NCBI GenBank assembly: GCA_947466535.1 | Contig: CANIEV010000002.1 | Span: 1,432 to 65,431 of the forward strand | Length of the DNA: 64,000 bases | Direction: 5' to 3' | Source: Betaproteobacteria bacterium | GTDB lineage: Bacteria; Pseudomonadota; Gammaproteobacteria; Burkholderiales; SG8-39 | Shown here: piece by piece, positions 1-9,974 of the stretch | Layout: each line of letters opens with the position of its first letter | Position numbering within the stretch: position 1 is the first letter of the stretch | Notes under the pieces: generated by a model | Told to the model about the DNA's origin: nothing | What the model saw: only the letters and a program-made list of their open reading frames with translations | The model's database searches: none | Position numbers and translations under genes: made by a program

Positions 1-1
1 T

Positions 2-421
2 CTCGCGCTGGATTCAAAGGATCCCGGCTGGGTGAAGGCGGTGCAGGAGGCGACCGGCGGCAGGGGCGTTGACCTGATCATCGACGTGGTGTCGGGCCCG
101 CTTGCCAACCAGAACATGGAGGCCGCGGCGGTGTGCGGCCGCATCGTAAGCGTGGGACGGCTCGGGGGTACGTCGGGTCAGTTCGACTTCAACCTGCACG
201 CGCTGAAGCGGATTTCCTTCATCGGGGTGACGTTCCGCACGCGCTCGGTTCAGGAGATACGCGATCTCAACGCAAAGATGACGGCGGATCTGTCCGATGC
301 GGTGGCATCAGAGGCGCTGCGCATGCCGGTGGATAAAATTTTTCCACTTGATCAGGCAGCGGGGGCGTTCGAACACATGCGGACCAACCAGCACTTCGGG
401 AAAGTCGTGCTGTCCCTGTAG
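2..421 (+). CDS. NADPH:quinone oxidoreductase / zinc-type alcohol dehydrogenase (MDR) family protein, C-terminal part; 5' end outside window
   Basis: The frame is open from the window edge. GGRGVDLIIDVV and the C-terminal FEHMRTNQHFGKVVLSL are typical of Qor-like MDR enzymes. Confidence 0.8.
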   Translation, partial: LALDSKDPGWVKAVQEATGGRGVDLIIDVVSGPLANQNMEAAAVCGRIVSVGRLGGTSGQFDFNLHALKRISFIGVTFRTRSVQEIRDLNAKMTADLSDAVASEALRMPVDKIFPLDQAAGAFEHMRTNQHFGKVVLSL

Positions 422-453
422 CGGGTCAGGCTTCGCGAATCAGGTCCGGAAGA

Positions 454-657
454 TCAGGCGCGCTTGTTGTTCGGGCCCCAGTAGAGTTGGCCCTTCGCAA
501 GCTCGTGTGCAGCGACGAAATTGGAATGAAAGTCGGCAAACGGGACTTCGGCGAGGGGAAACTCGCTCCAGTTGAGAGGAATGCCGGGGGGGCAGACTTC
601 CTGCTCCAGCGGAAAGCGGTCAAGGTCGGGACCGTAGACATCGTCGAGCGTTCTCAT
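454..657 (-). CDS. hypothetical small protein (67 aa)
   Basis: Lies within ORF 454..729. I prefer the ATG at 657 because GGAGA lies 5 nt upstream. No family recognised. Confidence 0.4.
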   Translation of the reverse strand: MRTLDDVYGPDLDRFPLEQEVCPPGIPLNWSEFPLAEVPFADFHSNFVAAHELAKGQLYWGPNNKRA

Positions 658-945
658 CGCAATCTCCGTTTGTGTTGAGACAATGTGTTCGATGATTCTT
701 CCACTTGCTGCAACACGAGTTTGCTGCACCTTCAGGACAGTTAACGGCCGATTAGCGTTACAAGTTGACGTCTATTTCTCAGATTGAACATGAGCATGTG
801 CGCGCAAGCAGATGGGGCGGCGGGCACAGATGCAAGGCGATGGGCGCCAGGGTTCGGGGCTTGCTTCAGCTTCCCAGCGCAAGCCCCGGATTTTCTGGGA
901 CAATAAGTTTCCCGGACCCACAGCGCCCTGCGGCGCACCGCCCCC

Positions 946-3048
946 TTGGCCTCTGCTTCCTCGTCTGCGTCCTTCTTCAATCTGTACCGGCACAACTTCG
1001 CGCGCGTTGCGGTTGCGATTCCCGAGGTGCGCGTGGCCGACCCGGCGTTTAACGCAGTCAAGACCCTCGAACTGCTGCGCGAAGCAGCGGCGAAGCGTTG
1101 TGCTCTGGTGCTGTTCCCCGAACTCGGCCTTTCTTCCTACACCTGCGACGACCTGTTCCAGCAACAGGCACTGCTCGATGCCAGTCTGACTGCGCTCGAC
1201 CGGGTGCGCGAGGCGACACGCAGGCTCGCGATCGTCGCGGTGGTGGGTGTGCCGCTTCGCGTCGACGGTCTGCTTTACAACTGCGCCGCGGTGCTCTCGG
1301 GCGGGCAGATCCTCGGCGTGGTGCCCAAGACCTATCTTCCCGGCTATCGCGAGTTCTACGAAACGCGTTGGTTCGTATCGGGGGACGTGGCGACTCACGA
1401 TCTGATCGACCTGCTCGGGCAGGAGGACGTGCCCTTCGGTGCGCGCCTGCTGTTCCAGGCCGAATCGCAACCGCTGCTCAATTTCGCGATCGAGATCTGC
1501 GAGGACCTGTGGACGCCGATTCCGCCGTCCTCGTTCGCGGCGCTCGCGGGTGCCAATCTTCTGCTGAACCTGTCTGCCTCCAACGTGACGGTGGGCAAGG
1601 ACCGCTACCGCACCGATCTGGTGGCGAACCAGTCGGCACGCTGCATCGCCGGTTACCTGTTCTCTGCCGCGGGCTACGGCGAGTCGACCACCGACATGGC
1701 CTGGGATGGCCACGGCATGATTTTCGAGAACGGCTCGCGGCTCGCGGCGAGCGAACGCTTTGCCTACGAGTCGCAGATCATTACCGCCGAGATCGACCTC
1801 GACCGGATCGTGCAGGACCGCATGCGCCAGACGAGTTTCGCGCAGGCAGTGGCCCGCCACGCGGACGAGGTCGAGAACTTCCGTACGGTGATCTTCCCGC
1901 TTGCGCTGCCGGTGCAGGGGACGCTCCTGCTCGAGCGGTCGTATGAGCGTTATCCGTATGTGCCGAGCGATCCCGCGACGCGCGATGCGCGCTGCGGCGA
2001 GGTGTACGAGATCCAGGTGCAGGGGCTGGTCAAGCGCCTGCGCGCGATGGGCGCGCAGAAGGTGGTGATCGGCATCTCGGGCGGGCTTGACTCGACGCAG
2101 GCGCTACTCGTTTGCGCGCGCGCGATGGACGTGATGAAGCTGCCGCGAAAGAATATTCTCGCCTGGACCATGCCCGGCTTTGCCACCAGCGACCGCACGT
2201 TGCGCCAGGCGCGCGCGCTGATGACCGGGTTGGGCGCCACCGCGGGCGAGATCGACATCCGGCCCTCCTGCCTGCAGATGCTTAAGGACATCGGCCATCC
2301 ATACGCGTCCGGCCGCAAGGTCTACGACATCACCTTCGAGAACGTGCAGGCGGGCGAACGCACCAGCCACCTGTTCCGAATCGCGAATCTACACAACGCA
2401 CCGGTGGTGGGCACCGGCGACCTTTCCGAGCTCGCGCTTGGCTGGGCGACCTACGGCGTGGGCGATCACATGTCGCACTACGCGGTGAACGCGAGCGTGC
2501 CCAAGACGCTGATCCGGTTCCTGATCCGCCATGTGGCGGAGAAGGGCGAACTCGGCCGCGAAGTGAGCCGCACGTTGCAGGACGTGCTCGACACCGCGAT
2601 CAGCCCGGAACTGGTGCCGGGCAAAAAAGGCGGCGAACCGGAGCAGCAGAGCGAGGCCTCGGTCGGCCCGTACGAACTGCAGGACTTTCATCTGTACTAC
2701 ACGCTGCGCTTCGGCTACACGCCCTCCAAGGTGGCGTTCCTTGCGTGGACCGCCTGGCACAGCGCCGCGCGCGGCCAATGGCCAGGTATTCCCGAGAAGG
2801 ACCGCAACGCGTATTCGATGGCCGAGATCAAGCGCTGGCTCGGCGTGTTCGTGAAGCGGTTTTTCCAGACCAGCCAGTACAAGCGAAGCGCGATCCCGAA
2901 TTCGCCCAAGGTGGGCTCGGGCGGCTCGCTCTCGCCGCGCAGCGACTGGCGCGCGCCGAGCGACAGTTCGGCCGAGGCCTGGTTGGCGGATCTGGCACGG
3001 GTGCCTGCATCTGCGCCCGCATCTGCGCCCGCCAAGAAAGGAAAGTGA
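946..3048 (+). CDS. nadE: glutamine-dependent NAD+ synthetase (large two-domain form)
   Basis: The N-terminal CN-hydrolase domain shows [15 protein letters not shown] and EICEDLW. The C-terminal ATP-pyrophosphatase domain shows GISGGLDST. The only in-frame start is TTG at 946, with no clear RBS. Confidence 0.9.
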   Translation: MASASSSASFFNLYRHNFARVAVAIPEVRVADPAFNAVKTLELLREAAAKRCALVLFPELGLSSYTCDDLFQQQALLDASLTALDRVREATRRLAIVAVVGVPLRVDGLLYNCAAVLSGGQILGVVPKTYLPGYREFYETRWFVSGDVATHDLIDLLGQEDVPFGARLLFQAESQPLLNFAIEICEDLWTPIPPSSFAALAGANLLLNLSASNVTVGKDRYRTDLVANQSARCIAGYLFSAAGYGESTTDMAWDGHGMIFENGSRLAASERFAYESQIITAEIDLDRIVQDRMRQTSFAQAVARHADEVENFRTVIFPLALPVQGTLLLERSYERYPYVPSDPATRDARCGEVYEIQVQGLVKRLRAMGAQKVVIGISGGLDSTQALLVCARAMDVMKLPRKNILAWTMPGFATSDRTLRQARALMTGLGATAGEIDIRPSCLQMLKDIGHPYASGRKVYDITFENVQAGERTSHLFRIANLHNAPVVGTGDLSELALGWATYGVGDHMSHYAVNASVPKTLIRFLIRHVAEKGELGREVSRTLQDVLDTAISPELVPGKKGGEPEQQSEASVGPYELQDFHLYYTLRFGYTPSKVAFLAWTAWHSAARGQWPGIPEKDRNAYSMAEIKRWLGVFVKRFFQTSQYKRSAIPNSPKVGSGGSLSPRSDWRAPSDSSAEAWLADLARVPASAPASAPAKKGK

Positions 3049-3806
3049 TGGGCTTTGGCGCAATCATCATCGGCGAGGAGATCATCCGCGGCAAACGCCT
3101 GGACAAACATTTCTCCAGACTTGTCGAAATCATGGGTGAACGCGGCCTCAAGCTCGACTGGTGCACGTATCTCGGCGACGACCCCGCGCTGATCACCGCC
3201 ATGCTCAAACGCACGCTCGACACGGACGATGTCGTGTTCAGTTTCGGCGGCATCGGTGCGACGCCCGACGACCACACCCGCCAATGCGCGGGCACGGCGG
3301 CCGGCATGCCGCTGGAATTGCATCCCGAGGCGGAGGTGCTGCTTCGCGAGCGCTTCGGCGCCGAAACCACGCCGCTGCGCCTGCAGATGGGCGTGTTCCC
3401 GAAGGGATCGAACATCATTCCGAATCCGCACAACAAGGTGCCCGGGTTCTCTTACCGGCACCACCATTTCGTACCCGGCTTTCCGGTGATGGCCTGGCCG
3501 ATGTGCGCCTGGGTGCTGGATACGCACTACCCGCATCTGTTCCATCGCGTGGACGAAACCGAGGCTGCGATCTTTGTCTACGAACTGCCCGAGAGCACCA
3601 TTACACCGCTGATGACCGAGGTGGAAGCGAAGCATCCGGGACTCAAGAGCTTCAGCCTGCCCAACATGGGCGGTGGACCTGAGCGGCGGCATATCGAGCT
3701 CGGCGCGCGCGGTGCGCCGGATGCGGTGGCGCAGACCATCGAGTGCTTCAAGCAGGGCGTGGTCGAACTCGGCGGACGCTGGAGCTCGACGCTCGATCCG
3801 AAGTAG
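3048..3806 (+). CDS. CinA-like / COG1058 molybdopterin-binding (MoCF) domain protein
   Basis: [21 protein letters not shown] and FSFGGIGATPDDHT resemble a CinA N-terminal type domain. The ATG overlaps the nadE stop (TGATG). The longer ORF 2745..3806 overlaps nadE and is not needed. Confidence 0.75.
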   Translation: MGFGAIIIGEEIIRGKRLDKHFSRLVEIMGERGLKLDWCTYLGDDPALITAMLKRTLDTDDVVFSFGGIGATPDDHTRQCAGTAAGMPLELHPEAEVLLRERFGAETTPLRLQMGVFPKGSNIIPNPHNKVPGFSYRHHHFVPGFPVMAWPMCAWVLDTHYPHLFHRVDETEAAIFVYELPESTITPLMTEVEAKHPGLKSFSLPNMGGGPERRHIELGARGAPDAVAQTIECFKQGVVELGGRWSSTLDPK

Positions 3807-3830
3807 CGCGGCAACGCGTGCAGGGCGGCG

Positions 3831-4805
3831 CTACTGCCGCTCGATTTTCTTGATGTCCACCACGCGCGTCCAGCGCGTGATCTCGCGGGCGATCTGCTCG
3901 TGCATTTCCTCGGGCGACGAAGGATGCGGCACCGAGCCGATTTCGGCGAGGCGCGCCCGCACGTCCGCGAGTTGCAGGATCGAGTGGATCTCCGCGTTCA
4001 GCCGGTCGATGATCGGGCGCGGCGTGCCGGGCGCGACCGCCATGCCAAGCCATGACACCGCTTCCACCCCCTTGATCGTCTCGGCGATCGTCGGCACCTC
4101 CGGCATGAGCGCGAACCGCGCGGGCGAGGAGAGCGCGAGCGGCCGGAGTTTCCCGCCGCGGATCTGACCGATCGCGAACGGGCCGGTCTCGATCATCACA
4201 TCGACACGATGGCCGAGCAGATCCATCAGCGCGGGGGCGCCGCCCTTGTAGGACACCGGCAGCATGGTGGTGTCGGCTTCGATGTTCATCCATTCGCCGA
4301 GCAGGTGATGCAGGCTGCCCACCGACTGGATGGTGTAGGTGATTCGGCCCGGTTCGGCACGCGCGCGGGCAAACAGGTCGGCAAGCGTTCTGATCGGCGA
4401 ATCGGGTGTCACCGCGATCACCATTGGGTAGGAGGCAACCATGCCCACCATGCCGAAGCTTTTGAGCGGGTCGTAGGGAAGCGACTTGCGGATCGCCGCC
4501 TGCGCCGGCACGCCGCCGGTGAGCAGCACCATGCGGTAGCCGTCCGGCGGCGCTTTGGCCACCGAATCGTTCGCACCGGTGCCGCCGCCGCTGGTGTTGA
4601 CTTCGACGATCACCGGCTGGCCAAGTTTTTCCGAGAGTTTCTGTCCGACAAGGCGGGCGACGAGGTCGGTGCTGCCGCCCGGTGCGAATCCGACGAGCAG
4701 ACGGATCGGACGCGAAGGCCATGCCTGCGCGTGCGCCGCGTTTGCAAGAAGGCCAAGCAGCATCAGCGCGAGCGCAGCCAGGGTGCGCAGAGTGAACAAA
4801 CTCAA
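3831..4805 (-). CDS. Bug family (TctC-like) tripartite tricarboxylate transporter substrate-binding protein
   Basis: Signal peptide ending AHAQ, then PIRLLVGFAPGGSTD and VSYKGGAPA, which are Bug/TctC hallmarks. TTG start at 4805 is preceded by GAGGAGGAAA. Confidence 0.9.
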   Translation of the reverse strand: MSLFTLRTLAALALMLLGLLANAAHAQAWPSRPIRLLVGFAPGGSTDLVARLVGQKLSEKLGQPVIVEVNTSGGGTGANDSVAKAPPDGYRMVLLTGGVPAQAAIRKSLPYDPLKSFGMVGMVASYPMVIAVTPDSPIRTLADLFARARAEPGRITYTIQSVGSLHHLLGEWMNIEADTTMLPVSYKGGAPALMDLLGHRVDVMIETGPFAIGQIRGGKLRPLALSSPARFALMPEVPTIAETIKGVEAVSWLGMAVAPGTPRPIIDRLNAEIHSILQLADVRARLAEIGSVPHPSSPEEMHEQIAREITRWTRVVDIKKIERQ

Positions 4806-4870
4806 GGGAAGTTTCCTCCTCGGGGACGCGGCCAGTATACTTGCCGCCTGGGAGAGAACGAGGAGGGTGC

Positions 4871-5449
4871 ATGGACGGCAAGGTACGCCGCGTGGTGACC
4901 GGGCATGACCGCAAGGGCAGGGCGATCGTTGTGTCCGACGGGCTCGCGCCGTCGGTGCGCACGAATCCGAAGCGCCCGGGGCAGTATTCCACCGAGGTCT
5001 GGCGCACCGAGGGCGCGCCCGCGCCTATCGTTGCCGACGAGGCCGATCCGACGCTCGGTCCGCGCAAGCTGATGCCGCCCGAGCACGGCACCGTGGTGCG
5101 CATAACGCAGTTCGCGCCGGAGCCCGAGGCGATACGCAATCTCGATCCCGAATCGGCGAAGAAGATGTTCGCCGACATGGGGCACGGATCGGCCTCCACC
5201 TTCGAAGCGGGCGGCCGGCATCCGATGATTCATCGCACCGAGACGGTGGACTACGCGATCATCCTGTCGGGCGAGATCACGCTGGTTCTGGATGACGAGG
5301 ACGTGCTGGTGCGCGCGGGCGATGTGGTGGTTCAGCGTGGCACCAACCACGCGTGGAGCAACCGATCGGCCAAGCCCTGCACGGTGGCGTTCATACTGAT
5401 CGACGGCGGATTCGACGCGGATCTGGGCTCGAAATTCGAGCCTCAATAG
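4871..5449 (+). CDS. cupin domain-containing protein
   Basis: HRTETVDYAIILSGEITLVLDDEDVLVRAGDVVVQRGTNHAW is a cupin beta-barrel signature. The ATG at 4871 follows GAGGAGGG. Confidence 0.7.
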   Translation: MDGKVRRVVTGHDRKGRAIVVSDGLAPSVRTNPKRPGQYSTEVWRTEGAPAPIVADEADPTLGPRKLMPPEHGTVVRITQFAPEPEAIRNLDPESAKKMFADMGHGSASTFEAGGRHPMIHRTETVDYAIILSGEITLVLDDEDVLVRAGDVVVQRGTNHAWSNRSAKPCTVAFILIDGGFDADLGSKFEPQ

Positions 5450-5474
5450 GCGTGGACATCGCATCGGAATCGCC

Positions 5475-6506
5475 ATGCCAATACTGACAATTTGCAAAAA
5501 AGGCCCAGCATTGGCGCGGCAAAGCGGGTGTTTAACTGACATTTCGCTTTTTTGCGCTGCGCTGTTTCTGGTGCTTTCGGCCACGCCCTTGCGAACGATC
5601 GCGCAGGAGTTTCCCGCGCGCTCCATCCGCCTGATCGTGCCGTTTCCACCGGGTGGCAGCACCGACATCTTCGCGCGCATGTTTGGCCAGAAGCTGTCGG
5701 AGAACATCCGCCAGCCGGTGGTGATCGACAACCGTGCGGGCGGCGGCACGCTGATCGCCTCCGACGCGCTGATCAAGTCGCCCGCCGATGGCTACACGCT
5801 GATGCTGTCGAGTGTCACCACCTTCTCGGTGAACCAGTCGCTGTACGAGAAGCTGCCCTACGATCCCTTCACCGACTTTGCGCCGGTGTCGCTCACCGGG
5901 CGTTTTCCGCTGGTGCTGGTGGTCGGCAAGGACATTCCCGCACGCTCGATACGCGAGCTGCTCGCGCTTGTGAAAACCCGTCCGCAGGAGTTCCACTTCG
6001 GCTCGCCGGGGCCGGCGAGCGTGCATCGGCTCGCGATGGAGATGCTCAGCTTTCGCGCCGGAGTTGAACTCGTGCATGTCCCCTACAAGGGTTCGAATCC
6101 GGCGATGCAGGATCTGCTCGGAGGACGGATCGCGATGATGTTCGTGGGCGTGGATTCGGGCGCGGAGGTGATCCGATCCGGTCGTGTGAGGGCGCTCGGC
6201 ATCGGCACCGCCGAGCGGTTCGCCGGAATGCCGGATGTGCCCGCGATCGCGGAGTCCGGCCTGCCGGGCTTCGAAGCCTCGGCCTGGCAGGGCATGGTCG
6301 CGCCCGCGCGAACGCCGGCGCCGGTGGTGCAGAAGCTGAATGCAGAAATCGCGCGCGTGCTCGGCGATGCCGCGATCCGGCAGAAGCTGCTGGCCGCCGG
6401 GATTGAACCGCTGCGCAGCACGCCCGAGGAGTTCGCCGCCTACATGCGCACTGAAGCCGTCAAATGGGCTGAAGTGGTCAGGCGCGCCAAGGTCAGCGCG
6501 GATTGA
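5475..6506 (+). CDS. Bug family (TctC-like) substrate-binding protein
   Basis: SIRLIVPFPPGGSTD and VPYKGSNPAM motifs. The start is uncertain because the N-terminal region is long; an internal TTG is possible. Confidence 0.85.
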   Translation: MPILTICKKGPALARQSGCLTDISLFCAALFLVLSATPLRTIAQEFPARSIRLIVPFPPGGSTDIFARMFGQKLSENIRQPVVIDNRAGGGTLIASDALIKSPADGYTLMLSSVTTFSVNQSLYEKLPYDPFTDFAPVSLTGRFPLVLVVGKDIPARSIRELLALVKTRPQEFHFGSPGPASVHRLAMEMLSFRAGVELVHVPYKGSNPAMQDLLGGRIAMMFVGVDSGAEVIRSGRVRALGIGTAERFAGMPDVPAIAESGLPGFEASAWQGMVAPARTPAPVVQKLNAEIARVLGDAAIRQKLLAAGIEPLRSTPEEFAAYMRTEAVKWAEVVRRAKVSAD

Positions 6507-6572
6507 GCGCAAGGGCGCATTGAATTTCAGCGCCCTCATCGAAAAATGATTTCACACGTTCAGGAAACAGAA

Positions 6573-8213
6573 ATGCCCGCCACCTCTGGCACCAATAAAA
6601 AAATCATCGAAACGCCTGTGCTGATCATCGGCGCCGGTCCGGTCGGCATGGCGCTCGCGCTGGATCTTGCCTGGCGCGGCATCGGCTGCATGCTGATCGA
6701 GCGCACCAGCGGCGAGATCCGGCATTCGAAGATCGGGCTGATCTCCGCGCGGACGATGGAAATCTGCCGGCGTCTCGGCATCGCGCAGCGGGTGCGCGAC
6801 TGCGGCTTTCCGATGGACCTGCCGCTCAATCAGGTGTTCTGCACCAGCTTGGCGGGTTATCCGCTGTCGGTGATCGAGTTTCCCAGCCTGCGCGAGGAAA
6901 CGATGCCGGCCATCGGGCCGGAGAAAAAGCACCGCTGCCCGCAACTCTGGTTCAACCCGATTCTCGGTCGTGCGGTGAGCGAGCAGTCGGGCATCGACGC
7001 GCGGTACCACTGCGAACTCGAATCGTTTGATCAAGGCGAGAATGGTGTCAGGGCAAAGGTGCGCGATCTCAAGGGCGGCGACGGCTTCGAGGTATCCGCG
7101 CAATACATGGTGGCCTGCGACGGCGCGGGCAGTTCGGTGCGGCAGGCACTTGGCATCGTGCTCGAGGGCGATCCGGCGCTGAGTTATTCGACCGCCATCT
7201 ACCTGCGCTCGCCCGGCCTCCCCAAGCGCCACGACAAGGGACCGGCGGAGCGGTATCTGTTCATCGGCCCCGAAGGCAACTGGGGACATCTCACCGTGGT
7301 GGACGGGCAGGACTACTGGCGCATGACGGTGGTGGGATCGAAGGAGAAAGTGGAAGCGGCGGATTTCGACGCGGCCGCCTGGGTGCGTCGCGGGCTCGGT
7401 TCGGACGACATCCCGTTCGAGATCGACTCGGTGATGCCGTGGCGGCGCAGCCGGCTGCTGGCAAACAGTTACGGCAAGGGGCGGGTGTTCATCGCGGGGG
7501 ATGCGGCGCACGTGATGGCACCCAACGGCGGCTACGGCATGAACACCGGCATCACCGATATCGACAACCTCGGATGGAAACTGGAGGCGACACTGGGCGG
7601 CTGGGCGGGAGCGAAGCTGCTTGCGAGCTACGACGCCGAGCGGCGTCCGGTGGGACAGCGAATGGTGGATTCGGCCGCAGGCAACTTCGCGCTCAAGAAA
7701 AAGCCGATCGACAGTGAAGGCGTTCTCGATGCGACGCCGGAGGGCGATGCAAAGCGGATCGAAGTTGGCGAGAAGCTGAAGGCAAGCATCAAGCGCCACT
7801 ACGAGACGCTCGGCGCCGACATGGGTCATCGGTATGAAGGCTCACCGGTGATCGTGCCGGATGGCACGCCGCAGACACCGGACGATCAGGCGGTGTATGT
7901 GCCGACCGCGCGGCCGGGGCATCGCTCGCCGCACGGCTGGCTTGCGGACGGTCGTTCGACGCTGGATCTGTTCGGCCGCGGATTCGCACTACTTCAGTTT
8001 GGCAGCGAGGCGAAGGGTGCGGATGCAATTCTTGCGGCGGCGAAATCGCGCGGTGTGCCTGTTACGCTGACTCGGCTCGATGATTCCGCGCTCGGCGCGC
8101 TCTATGAACGCAAGCTCGCGCTGGTGCGGCCCGACGGGCATGTGGCCTGGCGCGGCGATGCGGCGCCGGCGGATGCGGGCGGCCTGATCGATACGGTGCG
8201 CGGGGCGGCCTGA
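6573..8213 (+). CDS. FAD-dependent aromatic-ring monooxygenase (PheA/TfdB/MhpA-like)
   Basis: VLIIGAGPVGMALALDL dinucleotide fold, CDGAGSSVR and GDAAHVMAPNGGYGMNTG motifs, about 550 aa. The ATG at 6573 has AGGAAA upstream. The ATG at 6546 is also in frame but lacks an RBS. Confidence 0.85.
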   Translation: MPATSGTNKKIIETPVLIIGAGPVGMALALDLAWRGIGCMLIERTSGEIRHSKIGLISARTMEICRRLGIAQRVRDCGFPMDLPLNQVFCTSLAGYPLSVIEFPSLREETMPAIGPEKKHRCPQLWFNPILGRAVSEQSGIDARYHCELESFDQGENGVRAKVRDLKGGDGFEVSAQYMVACDGAGSSVRQALGIVLEGDPALSYSTAIYLRSPGLPKRHDKGPAERYLFIGPEGNWGHLTVVDGQDYWRMTVVGSKEKVEAADFDAAAWVRRGLGSDDIPFEIDSVMPWRRSRLLANSYGKGRVFIAGDAAHVMAPNGGYGMNTGITDIDNLGWKLEATLGGWAGAKLLASYDAERRPVGQRMVDSAAGNFALKKKPIDSEGVLDATPEGDAKRIEVGEKLKASIKRHYETLGADMGHRYEGSPVIVPDGTPQTPDDQAVYVPTARPGHRSPHGWLADGRSTLDLFGRGFALLQFGSEAKGADAILAAAKSRGVPVTLTRLDDSALGALYERKLALVRPDGHVAWRGDAAPADAGGLIDTVRGAA

Positions 8214-8227
8214 GGCGCGCCCAGTTC

Positions 8228-9193
8228 TCAGTCGACCTTGGCTTTCGAGGCCGCCACGGCCTTGCCCCATTTGGTGATTTCGCTTGCGATCAGGTCCTGG
8301 AACTGCTGCGGCGTGCCGCCGTTCGCTGTAGCGCCCTGCGCGGCGTAGCTTGCGATCACCGCCGGCAGGGCGAGGACCCGGTTGATCTCCGAATTGAGTG
8401 CGTTGATCGCGGCGGCGGGTGTGAGTGCGGGTGCGAGCACGCCGTACCAGGCGATCACTTCGTAGTCGCGAAGGCCGAGTTCGCGCACGGTCGGCAGGTC
8501 GGGCAGGGCGGGTGAACGCGTCGGGGCGGTGAGCGCGAGCGCGCGCAGCTTGCCGCTTTTCACATGCGGGATGACGGTGATCATCGGTTCGATCATCAGG
8601 TCGATGCGTCCCGAGAGAAGATCGATGATTGCTGAAGGACTGCCCTTGTACGGGATGTGCTGGATGTCGAGGCCCGCGGCGAGCTTGAACAGTTCCCCCG
8701 CGAGGTGCTGCGGCGTGCCGTTGCCGCCGGAGGCGTAGCTCAACTTTCCAGGGGCCGAGCGTGCGCGAGCGATCAGTGCATCGAGCGTGGCGATGCCGGC
8801 GGCGGGACTGACGATCACCACCAGCGGCTGGGTAGCGAGTTGGCCGACGGCGCTGAAGTCCCTGATCGCGTCGTAGGGCTGATTGGGGTTGAGCGTCGCG
8901 TTGATCGCGTGGGTGACCGGCGTCATCAGGATGGTGTGGCCGTCGGGCGCGGATTTGAGCAGGGCCTCCGAGGCGATCTGGCTGCCCGCGCCCGGGCGGT
9001 TGTCGATGACCACCGGCTGCGGCAGGCGCTCGGTGAGCTTGTTGGCGACGATGCGCGCGAGCGTGTCGTTGCTGCTCGAGGGCGGCGCGGGCACGATCCA
9101 GCGGATCGGCTTCGAGGGAAAGGTCTGTGCAATCGAAGTGCCCGCGGCAAGGCCGAGCAGTATGCAGGCCAACGCGGATCGCAAGCGGATCAT
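8228..9193 (-). CDS. Bug family (TctC-like) substrate-binding protein
   Basis: Signal peptide MIRLRSALACILLGLAAGTSIAQ, then PIRWIVPAPP and IPYKGSPSA. AAGGAGGAAAGAAA lies upstream of the ATG at 9193. ATGA overlap with the upstream gene. Confidence 0.9.
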   Translation of the reverse strand: MIRLRSALACILLGLAAGTSIAQTFPSKPIRWIVPAPPSSSNDTLARIVANKLTERLPQPVVIDNRPGAGSQIASEALLKSAPDGHTILMTPVTHAINATLNPNQPYDAIRDFSAVGQLATQPLVVIVSPAAGIATLDALIARARSAPGKLSYASGGNGTPQHLAGELFKLAAGLDIQHIPYKGSPSAIIDLLSGRIDLMIEPMITVIPHVKSGKLRALALTAPTRSPALPDLPTVRELGLRDYEVIAWYGVLAPALTPAAAINALNSEINRVLALPAVIASYAAQGATANGGTPQQFQDLIASEITKWGKAVAASKAKVD

Positions 9194-9927
9194 TTTCTTT
9201 CCTCCTTGACGGCGTGCTTCTCCGCGCGCATCCGCTCGAGCGCATTCGCACGCCACATCACCCAGGCGCGGCCGTAGTCCTGCACCGGCACCGAGGCGGC
9301 AACTTCGCGTTCGTTGATCCAGGTGATTTCGCCGCCCGGCCCGGCGATCATCATCGCCTGCATCTGCATGCGTGCGCTCATCTCGAGATAGATGCTGCGG
9401 CCGACCGCGCGCGGCAGGTTTTCCCCCACCGTCACCGAGCCGTGGCCGCGCATCAGCGCCGCCGGCTTGTCGCCTAGGCAACGCGCGAGCGCCTGACCGA
9501 GATACGGCGTCTTCACCAGCAGGTCGGTGCCATCTTCGGCATCGCGGATCTCGAAATTCGGGATGCCCTGACCGACGAACGCCGCCATATGAAACAGCGG
9601 CCGCAGCGGCTGTGTGGTGACGCTGAAGGGCACGACCGAGGGCGAGTGGTTGTGCACCACCGCCATGATTTCGGGCCGGCTCTTGTAGATCTCGCCGTGG
9701 ATGAAGCGCTCGCGCACCGACTCGTGCCCGCCCGCGTCGAGCGGTTTGCTGTCGAGGTCGTATTCGATGATGTCCTGCACGGTGACGAGTTCGGGCGCGA
9801 GCGAGCGTGCGAGAAGATAGTGCGAGGGGTCGCATTCTGAACGTACGCTCACGTGGCCGTAGCCGTCGATCACGCCGTGTTCGGCGAGCACGCGGTAGGC
9901 GATTGCGAGGTCTTCGAGCTGACTCAT
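9190..9927 (-). CDS. class II aldolase/adducin family protein
   Basis: MSQLEDLAIAYRVLAEHGVIDGYGHVSVR, AVVHNHSP and MRGHGSVTVG are typical of the class II aldolase fold. GGAG RBS precedes the ATG at 9927. Confidence 0.85.
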   Translation of the reverse strand: MSQLEDLAIAYRVLAEHGVIDGYGHVSVRSECDPSHYLLARSLAPELVTVQDIIEYDLDSKPLDAGGHESVRERFIHGEIYKSRPEIMAVVHNHSPSVVPFSVTTQPLRPLFHMAAFVGQGIPNFEIRDAEDGTDLLVKTPYLGQALARCLGDKPAALMRGHGSVTVGENLPRAVGRSIYLEMSARMQMQAMMIAGPGGEITWINEREVAASVPVQDYGRAWVMWRANALERMRAEKHAVKEERK

Positions 9928-9974
9928 GCTGACTCCGGTGGGTTGTTGTTTCGGTTGTTGTCCTGCCGGGCGGA

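Noticed and set aside
772-1860. Large antisense or out-of-frame ORFs shadow real genes. Examples are 772..1860, 3748..5199, 4802..5776, 19249..20445, 20539..21726, 22193..23206, 52496..53521, 59644..60858 and 61553..63082.
   Set aside because: They show the typical GC-rich shadow-ORF composition (Arg/Ala/Gly/Pro-rich) and no recognisable domains. Each overlaps a confidently assigned gene on the other strand or in another frame.
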